Positions 28,918 through 39,729 of a DNA stretch of 64,000 nt are shown here, piece by piece. Location of the stretch: NCBI GenBank assembly GCA_963664875.1, contig OY761611.1, forward strand, positions 3,552,001-3,616,000, in the 5' to 3' direction. Below the pieces are notes generated by a model. That model saw nothing but the letters and a program-made list of their open reading frames with translations, made no database searches and was not told where the DNA came from. The DNA comes from Candidatus Kapaibacterium sp. (GTDB lineage: Bacteria > Bacteroidota > Ignavibacteria > Kapaibacteriales > UBA2268). The translations under genes were made by a program, and so were the position numbers. Within the stretch, counting starts at the first letter, position 1, and every line of letters begins with the position of its first letter.

Positions 28918-30018
28918 TTACTGCCTTATGTTCAATGCCGAAAAAAGAGATTTTGGGAAATCGACTCTGAAAATAGTGCCGTTTTCGTCAGTTTTTACTA
29001 CCTGCACCTTAGATTGCAGCTGCTCTACGCAATTTTGAACAATAGCCAATCCCAAGCCGGTTCCTTCGATATTTCCGGTATTTTCACATCTGTAAAACGG
29101 AACAAAAAGTTTGCTTAAGTTTTTTTGAGGTATTCCTATGCCGTGATCTTCCACTTCAAGAGAAACACTATCTTTCGTATTCTTCAAACAGACTCTCACT
29201 TCTTTGCTGTTGGGAGAATATTTCATAGCGTTTGAGATTAAATTATTGAAAATGTGCTTGAATAAAGAGGCATCATGAGTAGTAATCAAATTATCAAATT
29301 CCACACTAACCTTTACATTATGTTTGCCTCTATCCACGTATGACAGTTCATCAATCACATACGAAAGTAGATAGACTATGTCGCTATGTTCGCCATTATT
29401 TTTTTCTTTTTGAGCCACTTTGCCAAGCGTTAGCAAATCATTGAGCAAATTATTCATTTCCTTGACTGATTCTTCTATCGCAGAGGTATAAGTGGTAAAC
29501 TTTTCGTCGAGGTCTTTCTGGTAGTACATTTTGAGTAATTCCACAGAAAGAGAAATCTTTGTCAGCGGATTTTTATATTCATGAGACACCTGAGAAACAA
29601 AACCTGACTTGATTTTGTTCAAATCTTTTTCCAGATTGATTAGTTCATACAAATCAAGAGCATCTCGAATAGCATTGGCAAGATCTGCTATCGGAAGAGG
29701 TTTTGAAAGCAACCTGAAGATATTGCCTTTGTTTACTGCATTCATAGCAACTTCTACATCGACAAACCCTGTAAACAATATTCGAACAGTATCGGGGTAC
29801 TCGTCTTTTACCTTTTCCAAAAACTGAACTCCGTCAACCTCAGGCATCTTAAAGTCAGAAACAACTACAGCAACTGAGCCATCATTTCGTAACTTATTGA
29901 GTGCATCCATAGCACTTGAAGCAAATATCATGTCGAATTTTTTGTGAAAATTTCTGCGAATAGCATTCAAGAAATCAACATCATCATCGACTATCATTAT
30001 TTTTCTATTTATTGCCAT
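28918..30018 (-). CDS. Hybrid REC-histidine kinase (cytoplasmic)
   Basis: REC domain plus SHEYKNPL, NAMKYS, GTGLGLAI. Confidence 0.92.
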   Translation of the reverse strand: MAINRKIMIVDDDVDFLNAIRRNFHKKFDMIFASSAMDALNKLRNDGSVAVVVSDFKMPEVDGVQFLEKVKDEYPDTVRILFTGFVDVEVAMNAVNKGNIFRLLSKPLPIADLANAIRDALDLYELINLEKDLNKIKSGFVSQVSHEYKNPLTKISLSVELLKMYYQKDLDEKFTTYTSAIEESVKEMNNLLNDLLTLGKVAQKEKNNGEHSDIVYLLSYVIDELSYVDRGKHNVKVSVEFDNLITTHDASLFKHIFNNLISNAMKYSPNSKEVRVCLKNTKDSVSLEVEDHGIGIPQKNLSKLFVPFYRCENTGNIEGTGLGLAIVQNCVEQLQSKVQVVKTDENGTIFRVDFPKSLFSALNIRQ

Positions 30019-31174
30019 AGCTGTTTATAACCTTCTGATATTTCATAATATCTTGCTGCAACGAAAGTGCATTTATGTAATCATGATCAAAATCCATTTT
30101 GCCTGTGATTGCATTTGCTATATGCAGAGCAGTCAGAGTGTCAAATTTGAGATCAGTAATAAGCGAAGGGAAATGGTGGAACGCAACGTTTTCCACTATT
30201 CTATCCGGCAAACCCCAGATACCCAGCAAATACGCACCCGCCTCTGAGTGGGAAGTATCCAATAAGTCAAGTTCTGCATCAGTGAAAGTTAGCTTATTTT
30301 CTTTAGCATGAGTCAAAATTTTATCAGGATAGCCATCTACTTTGGTAAGTATTATTTTGCCAATATCATGCAAGAGACCCGATAAAAATGCCTCTTCGAC
30401 ATCAGCACGCTCGAATCCCTCTTCGAGAGCAATAGCTTTTGCAGCATTAGCAACTTTGTAGCTATGTTCCCAAATAGAATTAAAAAAGAAGCGTTGAGAA
30501 GGAGACTCATCTACCATAGAAAATACTTTAATATAAATTACTAACGATTTGATTATGTTTAAGCCGAGATACTGCACTGCCTGCGAGATATTTGAAATAG
30601 TAGTAGGCAGGCCGAAAAATGCAGAATTTACCAGCTGAAGTATCTTGGCGGTGATAGTAATATCATGAGACACAATTTCAGCAATCTCTTTCAATGAAGA
30701 CTTTTCGGAGGAAAGTGCATTTTCCAAATCTAAATAAATTTTGGGAAGAGTTGGCAAATTGTCAATCCCCGAAATTAATTTACGCAATTTAGTATCGCGC
30801 ATATAATCCCGAAGCAAATAAGTTCTCTGTATTTTTGACTTCAAAGTGGCAGCGTCGCAAGGTTTAGCCAAAAACTGATGTGCATTTTGCGTAGTATATA
30901 ATATCTGAGAATAGTCCTGATGCCCGGAAAGAACTATGCGAATAATACCCGGCCACTTCTCTTTGACTATATTTAATAAGTCATTGCCATCCAGCCCCGG
31001 CATTTTCAGATCGGCTACTATTATATCTATTTTGTTGCTGTTTAAAATTTCTAAGGCTTTTGAGACTGATGATGCTAAATAAAGCTCCCACTTCTTTCGC
31101 ATAGTAAAGAGCATATTTTTATACCCTAAAAGGATATCGCTGTCATCATCTACAAATAATATACTTAACTTCAT
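30005..31174 (-). CDS. REC-HDOD protein
   Basis: REC domain plus LPTLP, ILQLVNSAFFG, WEHS, GLLHDIGK, WGLP, HH. Confidence 0.92.
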   Translation of the reverse strand: MKLSILFVDDDSDILLGYKNMLFTMRKKWELYLASSVSKALEILNSNKIDIIVADLKMPGLDGNDLLNIVKEKWPGIIRIVLSGHQDYSQILYTTQNAHQFLAKPCDAATLKSKIQRTYLLRDYMRDTKLRKLISGIDNLPTLPKIYLDLENALSSEKSSLKEIAEIVSHDITITAKILQLVNSAFFGLPTTISNISQAVQYLGLNIIKSLVIYIKVFSMVDESPSQRFFFNSIWEHSYKVANAAKAIALEEGFERADVEEAFLSGLLHDIGKIILTKVDGYPDKILTHAKENKLTFTDAELDLLDTSHSEAGAYLLGIWGLPDRIVENVAFHHFPSLITDLKFDTLTALHIANAITGKMDFDHDYINALSLQQDIMKYQKVINSYGNK

Positions 31175-31515
31175 TGATTATCAGTGTAGTATTGGATAAA
31201 ATGTTGGCTCTGCTTTTTGGTTTTATTCAATTTACAAAAAATAATTGATACCTATACATACTAACGCCTTACTACCTGATTTCGTTTTGATTATATTTCT
31301 AAAAAAAGCATTTAATCTCTTGATTTGTTTAGCAAAAATTTTAGGATTACAAGATTAGTATAAGCTCTATGCTTATTGTCAATATAAAGAGCAAAATCAG
31401 TATCATTTTTTACAAATGAAACCCAATTCGTATGGATTACGCAAAATTCAACTTTTTTGACTTAAGCTTTTTACTTAGATTTGGAAAGACTAAATTTGAA
31501 AGTATGGAGAAAGAT

Positions 31516-32604
31516 ATGAAAAAGTTTGCAGTTATCATGGCAGGAGGCAAAGGCACTAAGCTCTGGCCAAGAAGTACTGAAAATATGCCTAAACAGTTCA
31601 TACACCTTATGGGCGATGGCACAATGATTCAAAATACTTTCAATAGGATTAAAAAATATATTGACATCGAAGATATTTATGTTGTTACCTATGCTGATTT
31701 GAAAAAAGAAGTACACTCTCAGCTTCCTGAATTACCACCTGAAAATATGATTATCGAGCCCTTTGGCATCAATACTGCTCCCTGTCTTGGGCTTGCCGCC
31801 ACAGTCCTAAGTGAAAAATACAATGATGATGATATAATGATTGCTTTTCCTTCTGATCATGTTATAATGAATAAAGGAGACTTATATCAATCGCTCGATA
31901 CAGCTACGAGGGCAGCTTATGATTTGAACGGGCTTGTTACTATTGGCGTAAAACCCACAATGCCGGAAACACAATACGGTTATGTTCAGGTTACAGAAGA
32001 AGAGCTTGGTTTAGGAGAACTTTACAAACGAGGTCTTCGAAAATCAACTGCTTTTGCAGAAAAGCCCGATATAGAAACAGCCAAAAGGTTTATCGAGTCA
32101 GGTGATTTTCTTTGGAATACAGGTATCTTTGTTTGGAAGCTTTCTGTGTTTGTTCGTTCATTTAATAAATATTTACCGGAGCATGGTGATTATTTTACAG
32201 ATTTGAAAATGCAGTTCGGCAAAGACTTTTTCCATAAGAAACTCGAACTGACATACGGCAAAATGGACAGCATTTCCATAGATTACGGTGTATTAGAAAA
32301 AGCAGACAATGTATATCTGGTAAAAGCAGATTTGAATTGGAGCGATTTGGGCACATGGGACGAGGTTTATAATCAATCAAGAAAAGATGCAAAAAACAAT
32401 GTCTTGCTCGGCGATGTTTTAGCAGTTAATACGAAAAACTCGTTTATATCTTCGAGGGGTAAGCTTATCGGTGTGATAGGAATGGAAGATGTAATTATTG
32501 TCAATTCGGACGAAGCGATGTTTGTTTGCAAGCGTGGACAAAGTGAAGAAATTCAGCAAATCATAGAGCTTCTTAGGAGCAGGCACTTAAATAATTTTCT
32601 ATAA
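31516..32604 (+). CDS. manC: Mannose-1-phosphate guanylyltransferase
   Basis: IMAGGKGTKLWPRS, PKQF, PSDH, EKP, WNTG, SIDYGVLEK, WSDLGTW. Confidence 0.92.
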   Translation: MKKFAVIMAGGKGTKLWPRSTENMPKQFIHLMGDGTMIQNTFNRIKKYIDIEDIYVVTYADLKKEVHSQLPELPPENMIIEPFGINTAPCLGLAATVLSEKYNDDDIMIAFPSDHVIMNKGDLYQSLDTATRAAYDLNGLVTIGVKPTMPETQYGYVQVTEEELGLGELYKRGLRKSTAFAEKPDIETAKRFIESGDFLWNTGIFVWKLSVFVRSFNKYLPEHGDYFTDLKMQFGKDFFHKKLELTYGKMDSISIDYGVLEKADNVYLVKADLNWSDLGTWDEVYNQSRKDAKNNVLLGDVLAVNTKNSFISSRGKLIGVIGMEDVIIVNSDEAMFVCKRGQSEEIQQIIELLRSRHLNNFL

Positions 32605-32617
32605 GGCATTAATTACC

Positions 32618-32654
32618 AAAAAGTACACCCGCAAATATTACGAGTGTACTTTTT
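32618..32654. terminator. Bidirectional terminator between manC and lepB
   Basis: AAAAAGTACAC/GTGTACTTTTT stem. Confidence 0.75.
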
Positions 32655-32679
32655 AAATAAAATTCTTTCTGAAAACGGA

Positions 32680-33603
32680 CTAATCTATAAGAGTCCCGAT
32701 TCTGTCCCAGCGGATAGATTTGATTTTATCGAGCAAGCCTGACATTGGCATATTTGTGTCCCATGACCAGTAAACTACGATGGGTGAGCCAACTATATCC
32801 TCTTCAGGAATAAAGCCCCAGTAGCGGCTGTCAGAGCTGTTATCTCTGTTGTCGCCCATGCCGAAGCAATAATTTCTGTTTACAGTGTATTTGTTAGACT
32901 CTTTGTCATCGATAAAGATTTTGCCACCTCTGATTTTAATATCATGCCCTTCTCTTTTGATGAATGTTTCCCATTCGAGGTAGTTTTCTTGCGTCAAAGT
33001 AATCACATCGCCCTCTTTAGGAACTCTTACAGGACCATATTCACCACGAGTGAAGTTTTTTCCGCGTGGAAAAAGACTGTTTCTTTCACCAGGCATAGCC
33101 TGCAAACTTGGATTATAGCGTGCATGCTCAGGGATGTCAAATTTTTTGCCATTGACATATAGTATATTATTTCTTACCTCGAGCGAATCGCCGGCTGTCC
33201 CAACACATCTTTTGAGGAAATATTGGAACTGTAAAGGTTCGACTCTGTCACGGTCGCCGGGATAAACAAAAACAATTACATCACCTTTTTCAGGGCTCTT
33301 GATGCCCGGGAATTTGTAATAAGGCAGTGCGATATCCAAAAACGGTATATACTGCGGAGTCGATGGGCCGTAAACAAACTTATTTACAAAAAGAAAATCT
33401 CCGGTCATTACTGTGTTTTCCATAGAGCCGGTCGGTACCACAAAAGATGCTATTGCTAAACCGTTGATAAACAGCACAACAACAAAAGCACCGACAATAG
33501 TTTTTACCCATGAAACAACAGTTTCGAGAGGAGTCATATTCTTTTCTTTTTCTTTTCGCGCAAGGCGTCTTTGTTTGTACTTATCCCATAGACTTTTAAT
33601 CAT
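32680..33603 (-). CDS. lepB: Signal peptidase I
   Basis: VPTGSME, FLKRCVG, MGDNRDNSSDSRYWG; follows lepA. Confidence 0.96.
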   Translation of the reverse strand: MIKSLWDKYKQRRLARKEKEKNMTPLETVVSWVKTIVGAFVVVLFINGLAIASFVVPTGSMENTVMTGDFLFVNKFVYGPSTPQYIPFLDIALPYYKFPGIKSPEKGDVIVFVYPGDRDRVEPLQFQYFLKRCVGTAGDSLEVRNNILYVNGKKFDIPEHARYNPSLQAMPGERNSLFPRGKNFTRGEYGPVRVPKEGDVITLTQENYLEWETFIKREGHDIKIRGGKIFIDDKESNKYTVNRNYCFGMGDNRDNSSDSRYWGFIPEEDIVGSPIVVYWSWDTNMPMSGLLDKIKSIRWDRIGTLID

Positions 33604-33627
33604 TTTACAAATTCCATATTTTATTTA

Positions 33628-35430
33628 TTAATCATCAATTCTCAAAACAGCGAGGAAAGCTTCTTGTGGAATTTCCACTGAGCCTACTTGTTTCATACGT
33701 TTTTTACCCTCTTTCTGTTTCTCTAAAAGTTTTCTTTTTCTTGTGATGTCACCACCATAACATTTTGCCGTAACGTTTTTACGCATAGCTTTCACGTTAG
33801 TTCTTGCAATAACTTTAGCACCGATGGCAGCCTGTATAGCAATTTCGAACATTTGGCGAGGTATAAGATCTTTTAGTTTCACGCAGAGCTTTTTGCCCCA
33901 TTCATGCGATTTGCTTCTATGGACAATAGAAGAAAGAGCATCTAAAGGTTCGCCATTGATAAGTATATCAAGTTTAATCAGGTCGCCCGGTCTCTCTTCG
34001 ATTAGCTCATAATCCAAAGATGCATAGCCTTTGGTTGAAGATTTTAGTTTGTCATAAAAGTCAAAAACCACTTCAGACAGAGGCAAATCAAACGACATAT
34101 CTACCCTTGTCGGAGTGATATATTGCGTATCAATTATTGTGCCGCGTCTTTCCATGCAAAGCTTCATAATATTGCCAACATAATCATTAGGAGTGATTAT
34201 CTGTGCACGGATGTAAGGTTCGCGTATTTCAGATATTTCTCCCGGATTTGGCAGCTGAGCAGGGTTATCTACCTCTACCATTTCTCCGTGATGTCTGTAA
34301 ACTTTATATTTAACGTTTGGCACAGTAGTTACAAGTGACTGGTTAAATTCTCTTTCGAGACGTTCCTGCACAATCTCCATGTGGAGCATTCCAAGGAATC
34401 CACATCTGAAACCGAATCCGAGTGCTGAAGATGTTTCAGGCTCATAAGTAAAACCGCTATCATTTAGAGAAAGTTTGGCAAGTGCTTCCCTTAGCGATTC
34501 GAAGTCGTCAGAATCTGTAGGATAAATACCACTAAACACCATTGGTTTTACAACCTTGAACCCCTCAATAGCAGCGTCACAAGGCTTTTGGAAATGAGTA
34601 ACCGTGTCACCGACTTTTGTATCCTGAAGATTGCGAATGGCAGCAGTAAGGTAGCCAACGTTACCGGCAGTTAGTTCTTTAGTGCGGTGGCGTTGCATAT
34701 ACATGATACCAACTTCTTCGACTTCGTAGTCCTGTTTGGTAGCCATAAAACGAATTTTTTCACCTTCGCGAAGAGTGCCGTCAAAAACACGGATATTTAC
34801 AATCACACCACGATAAGCATCAAATATGGAATCATAGATAAGGGCTTTTAGTGGTTTGGTAGGATCGCCTTTTGGAGCAGGAATTTTGGAAACTACATCT
34901 TCCAAAATTTGTTCGATACCGATACCTGATTTAGCGGAAGCTAGAATGATTTCTTCTTCTTTGCAACCAAGCAAATCCATTACCTGACTTTTTACATCAT
35001 CAATAGTAGTGGCAGCACTTGGTAGATCTATTTTGTTAAGTACAGGGATAATCTCGAGGTCATGGTCAATAGCCATATAAAGATTACTGATAGTTTGTGC
35101 TTCGATACCCTGAGTGGCATCTACCACAAGAATTGCTCCTTCGCAGGCAGCCAGCGAACGAGAAACTTCGTAGGAGAAATCTACGTGCCCCGGAGTGTCA
35201 ATTAGGTTTAGTACATAAGTCTCGCCGTCATTGGCTTTGTATTCCATCTGAATAGCATGGAGTTTGATAGTGATGCCGCGCTCTTGTTCCAAAGGGTTAT
35301 CGTCAAGGATTTGAGCGTTGACCATTTCTCTTTCGGTTATTCTTCCTGTTTTTTCCAAGAGTCTGTCTGCCAGAGTAGATTTGCCATGATCTATATGAGC
35401 AATGATGCAAAAGTTTCTGTAATTTTTCAT
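33628..35430 (-). CDS. lepA: Translation elongation factor 4
   Basis: [44 protein letters not shown]; start at MKNYRNF. Confidence 0.98.
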   Translation of the reverse strand: MKNYRNFCIIAHIDHGKSTLADRLLEKTGRITEREMVNAQILDDNPLEQERGITIKLHAIQMEYKANDGETYVLNLIDTPGHVDFSYEVSRSLAACEGAILVVDATQGIEAQTISNLYMAIDHDLEIIPVLNKIDLPSAATTIDDVKSQVMDLLGCKEEEIILASAKSGIGIEQILEDVVSKIPAPKGDPTKPLKALIYDSIFDAYRGVIVNIRVFDGTLREGEKIRFMATKQDYEVEEVGIMYMQRHRTKELTAGNVGYLTAAIRNLQDTKVGDTVTHFQKPCDAAIEGFKVVKPMVFSGIYPTDSDDFESLREALAKLSLNDSGFTYEPETSSALGFGFRCGFLGMLHMEIVQERLEREFNQSLVTTVPNVKYKVYRHHGEMVEVDNPAQLPNPGEISEIREPYIRAQIITPNDYVGNIMKLCMERRGTIIDTQYITPTRVDMSFDLPLSEVVFDFYDKLKSSTKGYASLDYELIEERPGDLIKLDILINGEPLDALSSIVHRSKSHEWGKKLCVKLKDLIPRQMFEIAIQAAIGAKVIARTNVKAMRKNVTAKCYGGDITRKRKLLEKQKEGKKRMKQVGSVEIPQEAFLAVLRIDD

Positions 35431-35468
35431 CTTTATCCGTATTTTAAAACAGTTTTTACTACAATCTA

Positions 35469-35476
35469 CAAAATTA
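35469..35476 (-). promoter_or_regulatory. TAnnTTTG promoter element (TAATTTTG) for lepA
   Basis: About 40 bp upstream of the lepA start. Confidence 0.5.
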
Positions 35477-35619
35477 CTAAAGGACAGGCACGCTTGCAAT
35501 TTATATTTTCTTAATTGCCACTACCAATGCAGTTATTATTTAAAATCGTTTTTCTGAATATATCATCTTTTATGCTTATCATAGCGAATAAACCTATTAT
35601 CAATACAGGAATTTATACA

Positions 35620-36108
35620 ATGATAGACCTTATTAAAATAATTGATGAAAAGAAAATATTTGAGTTCTATCTGCTTGGCACTATCAAAAGAAGTAAAGCA
35701 AAAACTGCTTCTCATTTTGGGTTAACAACGGCTGCTCTGCAGAAAATGTTTACAAATGGCTCGTGGAATGAGAAAGCTAAACTTTTTGACGCAAAAACGG
35801 CTGTGTTCCTTAAATCAGGCGAGGCTCTTCAGGCGTTATACACCATTATCACAAAGAAATTGAAAAATGAAGATAAACTGGAGGAGATGACTCTGGAAAA
35901 TCTTTCAAAAATTGCTACGACTTTAGTAAAACTAATTCCTGATCTGGAACAAGCCACTTTGGGAAAAGTTACGCCGGAGCTTCAACAGGCAAAGAGCAAA
36001 TCGACTGCTTACCTTGATGCTATACGCAATGATTCTATATGCATGAAACATATCTATCAGATTGTCGAGCGTATCAGAGAAATAGATATAGGTAAGCGTG
36101 CGCCATAG
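35620..36108 (+). CDS. Hypothetical protein with N-terminal HTH-like segment
   Basis: RSKAKTASHFGLTTAALQKMFTNGSWNEKA resembles phage small-terminase-like HTH proteins; helical C-terminus. Confidence 0.5.
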   Translation: MIDLIKIIDEKKIFEFYLLGTIKRSKAKTASHFGLTTAALQKMFTNGSWNEKAKLFDAKTAVFLKSGEALQALYTIITKKLKNEDKLEEMTLENLSKIATTLVKLIPDLEQATLGKVTPELQQAKSKSTAYLDAIRNDSICMKHIYQIVERIREIDIGKRAP

Positions 36109-36178
36109 ATTTTGCAAAAGTCTTTGCTGCAGAATAGCTATATTCGTAAAACGTAATACTAAAAAAACAAGAATCAAT

Positions 36179-37243
36179 ATGTCTTCGATACTTAGGAAAA
36201 TCTTTCCGGGCATAGGCAGCAAAAGGAAACACAAACCGTGGGTGCATATTTTGCTTTTTGTACTGACATTTTTTACATGTGTGCTATCCGGAATGCTATG
36301 GGCAGGTGTAAATCCATTTTACTTAGAGCTTTTCGGAGAAGGATTGCTGTATGCAGTGCTGATCCTTACTTTTTTAAGTGCGCATGAATTTGGACATTAC
36401 TTTGCTGCGAAATATCATAAAGTCGATGCTACTCTTCCATATTACATACCTTTCCCTTTTGTAGGAGAAATCAATTTTGGGACTTTCGGAGCAGTTATAA
36501 AAACTTTAGAGCCAATACCAGATAAAAAGGCACTTTTTGATATTGGAGTTGCCGGGCCTCTTTCCGGTTTTGTGGTTTGTGTTATTTATTTGATATGGGG
36601 ATTTTCACATCTTCCTTCTCCCGACTTTATATATCAGCTCCATCCGAATTACATAACGGAATTTGGAGGCAAAATACCTGAATATGGACTGACTTTTGGA
36701 GATACTGCTTTCTTTACGGCTATGAAGAATTTGCTGACAGGTAGTAATGATTTTGTACCGCCTATGAATGAAATTTATCACCTTCCATTCTTGAACGTTG
36801 GCTGGTTTGGGCTTTTTGTAACAACTCTCAATATGCTTCCGATGGGTCAGTTAGATGGAGGTCATATAAGCTATGCAATGTTTGGACATAAGCACAAAAT
36901 AATTGCAAAAATAATATGGTATATGCTTCTTTTTATGGGGATTGGCGGTTTCTTGGCATATTTAAAAGAAATACTGTCGATGCCATTTGAATCTACTTTT
37001 TGGCAAAGTGTAAGTGGGTTGATTCTTCCGCTACTCGAAGTTCTTAATAAAGTTCCGTTTTGGTTTGATGCATGGGGAGGCTGGTTATTCTGGGCATTGC
37101 TTGCGAAGTTTTTTATTAAATTGGAACATCCACCTATTTGGGACACAGAAGATATTGGATTAGGCAGAAAAATTATAGGTTATCTTGCTTTTGTGATTCT
37201 GTTAGTGTCATTCTCATATCGTGGCATATATATAGTGATGTGA
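36179..37243 (+). CDS. Site-2 protease (M50) intramembrane metalloprotease
   Basis: HEFGH, IGVAGP, LNMLPMGQLDGGH. Confidence 0.92.
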   Translation: MSSILRKIFPGIGSKRKHKPWVHILLFVLTFFTCVLSGMLWAGVNPFYLELFGEGLLYAVLILTFLSAHEFGHYFAAKYHKVDATLPYYIPFPFVGEINFGTFGAVIKTLEPIPDKKALFDIGVAGPLSGFVVCVIYLIWGFSHLPSPDFIYQLHPNYITEFGGKIPEYGLTFGDTAFFTAMKNLLTGSNDFVPPMNEIYHLPFLNVGWFGLFVTTLNMLPMGQLDGGHISYAMFGHKHKIIAKIIWYMLLFMGIGGFLAYLKEILSMPFESTFWQSVSGLILPLLEVLNKVPFWFDAWGGWLFWALLAKFFIKLEHPPIWDTEDIGLGRKIIGYLAFVILLVSFSYRGIYIVM

Positions 37244-37250
37244 TTTGAAT

Positions 37251-37290
37251 GGAAATATGTCTCAAATTTTGAACAAAGAGACATATTTCC
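37251..37290. terminator. Hairpin between convergent genes
   Basis: GGAAATATGTCTC/GAGACATATTTCC perfect 13-bp stem. Confidence 0.65.
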
Positions 37291-37310
37291 GTTACTTCAT
37301 TTGATGTAAA

Positions 37311-38276
37311 CTATACCTGTAAATACAAATAATAAACATAAGCTATGTAAATAGATAAAAGCAAAGCTCCTTTCAATCTGCCAATTTGCATTCCAATTCT
37401 TGCCAGAGGGAATATCAGCACAGCTATTCCTATCATGATAGAAACATCGATATAACTGATATCTGTTGTTGGAATTTCGTGAGCCAAAGAAGCCAAACCA
37501 AGCACAAAAAGGATATTAAAAATATTAGATCCAATAGCGTTCCCGATTGAAATATCTCCTTCGTTTTTGATAGATGCTACGAGCGATGTGGCAAGTTCCG
37601 GTAGCGAGGTGCCAAAAGCAACAACGCTCAAGCCAATGATGGCTGTGGAAACTCCAAGCATACTCGCTATCCCGATAGCACCATCTACAAAAACATTCGC
37701 ACCATAAACAAGACCGCCTATACCTATGACTATCAGAATATAATCTATTATAGGTTTACGTTTCGAGGGTTTCAGTTCGTTTTCGAATTCGTCTATCAAT
37801 TCAGGATTGCTTTCAGACATTGCCTTTTTTACTGTGAAAAATGTGTAGCTGATAATTCCTGCGACAAGTATCAAACCATCGGTAAAATCGATTTTTCCGT
37901 CATACATTATCGCAAGCAGCACTAAAGATACAGCTATCATTACGAGCAAGTCAAACTTAATTAGCTGCAATTTAACTTCTATTGGTCGAATCATTGCAGC
38001 TACTCCTATGATAAGAGCAATGTTGCAAATATTTGATCCGATGACGTTACCAATTGCAATATCTGCATTGCCTTCCAAACCTGCCATAAAGCTTACAACC
38101 AGCTCAGGGCTACTTGTGCCAAAAGCTACTATCGTCAGCCCCACAACAAGTGCTGAAAGTCCGGTACGCAATGCCACAGAAGCTGACCCCCTAACAAGTC
38201 CTTCCGCACCAAAATATAACAATATACCTCCAAACAGTAGGTATAAGACAGATTCCATTAGTGTAAGTTCGCTCAT
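37311..38276 (-). CDS. Calcium/sodium antiporter (YrbG family)
   Basis: Two alpha repeats: GTSSPE..GNVIGSN and GTSLPE..GNAIGSN. Confidence 0.95.
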   Translation of the reverse strand: MSELTLMESVLYLLFGGILLYFGAEGLVRGSASVALRTGLSALVVGLTIVAFGTSSPELVVSFMAGLEGNADIAIGNVIGSNICNIALIIGVAAMIRPIEVKLQLIKFDLLVMIAVSLVLLAIMYDGKIDFTDGLILVAGIISYTFFTVKKAMSESNPELIDEFENELKPSKRKPIIDYILIVIGIGGLVYGANVFVDGAIGIASMLGVSTAIIGLSVVAFGTSLPELATSLVASIKNEGDISIGNAIGSNIFNILFVLGLASLAHEIPTTDISYIDVSIMIGIAVLIFPLARIGMQIGRLKGALLLSIYIAYVYYLYLQV

Positions 38277-38300
38277 TTTCCCCTCAATATAAAGATTTTT

Positions 38301-39542
38301 TTATCCGATTGATCTAATCGCTCTGATCCTTTCGAGAACCGGAGGATGCGAGTAATTCATAAACACAAAAAACTTATGCGGCGTTAGGTTCGATAGATTA
38401 TGTTCCGATAGTTTCTTTAGGGCATTTATCATATCGTCCTGTTTACCGGTTGTTTCCACAGCGTATCTATCAGCCTCATACTCATTTTTACGAGAGAAAA
38501 CATTCATTATAACTGACAGTACGTTTTCAATAGGCGAAAACAGCATGCTGAAAAATATCAAACCTGTGTGCAAACCAATATTATCAACAAAGAACGCTTC
38601 AAACAATGGTTTATGATTTAAAAACAGAGACATTATATAAAATAATACGCCGGTGTGCAAGACGCTTATCACCATACTTTTTATTATATGTTTCTTTTTG
38701 AAGTGACCAATTTCGTGTGCTAAAATCGCAACCAATTCGCCCGTTGTATGTTTTTCTATCAGAGTATCAAATAAAGCGATACGTTTGTTCTTGCCGAACC
38801 CTGTAAAAAACGCGTTTGACTTGGCAGAGCGTTTTGAACCGTCCATCACAAACAAGTGCTTAAGTGAATAATCTACTTTACCGGCATAATCAAATATTGC
38901 ATCTTTAAGCTCTCCGTCATCTAATGGAGTAAATTTATTGAATAATGGCATAATCCATCTCGGGGCTACAAACTGCAGGGCAAAACTGATAACAGTCAGT
39001 CCTATCCAACCGTATAACCACGACATATCTCCAAAAGAATGCAGCATATAAAGCAAGCCGGCAAGAATTGGCAGACCTATGACTGCCCCAAGCAATATAG
39101 ATTTCACTCTATCCATGATAAAAGTAGTCGGTGTTGTTTTATTAAAGCCATACTTTTCTTCAATTACAAACGTGCTGTAGATGCTAAACGGTATGCCCAA
39201 TATGCTTTGTCCTGCAATTAAACCTGCCATATAGAGCAAGCCCTGATAAATATAATTATCGGTATAAGAGCGGACTAATAAATCAGCATAGTTGAAGCCG
39301 CCCAAAAACCAGAAAGTCAGCAACAATGCAAGAGAAAATAAGGAAGAAATCAGACCAAAGCGAGTGCGTTCTTTCAGATATTCCTGCGACTTTTCATATT
39401 TTTCTTCTGAGTAAACATCTGCAAACTCTTCGGGCAAATCAGCTTTCAGATTTTTTATATTCAGATAGTCTGCTATAAAATCCAGAGCAGTACTAATCAG
39501 AATAGTCAACAGTATAATCCATGCGTAAATATTTATATCCAT
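38301..39542 (-). CDS. M48 family Ste24-like membrane endopeptidase
   Basis: NAFFTG, AHEIGH, SRKNEYEAD, YSHPP. Confidence 0.94.
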   Translation of the reverse strand: MDINIYAWIILLTILISTALDFIADYLNIKNLKADLPEEFADVYSEEKYEKSQEYLKERTRFGLISSLFSLALLLTFWFLGGFNYADLLVRSYTDNYIYQGLLYMAGLIAGQSILGIPFSIYSTFVIEEKYGFNKTTPTTFIMDRVKSILLGAVIGLPILAGLLYMLHSFGDMSWLYGWIGLTVISFALQFVAPRWIMPLFNKFTPLDDGELKDAIFDYAGKVDYSLKHLFVMDGSKRSAKSNAFFTGFGKNKRIALFDTLIEKHTTGELVAILAHEIGHFKKKHIIKSMVISVLHTGVLFYIMSLFLNHKPLFEAFFVDNIGLHTGLIFFSMLFSPIENVLSVIMNVFSRKNEYEADRYAVETTGKQDDMINALKKLSEHNLSNLTPHKFFVFMNYSHPPVLERIRAIRSIG

Positions 39543-39729
39543 CAGCGAAATCACTCTGTTAATTATTGACAATATACAATCTTAAATATACCACTTTAAC
39601 AGTGGATTTTACAAATCAAATAAAATGTAAGCAGCAATAGGCATTGTTTTAAAAAATAAACTCTGATTCATTTTGTAACCTTTTTCGCATTCAAAGCGTC
39701 TTTATATAGTGTTCAAAAACGGAGTTCAA

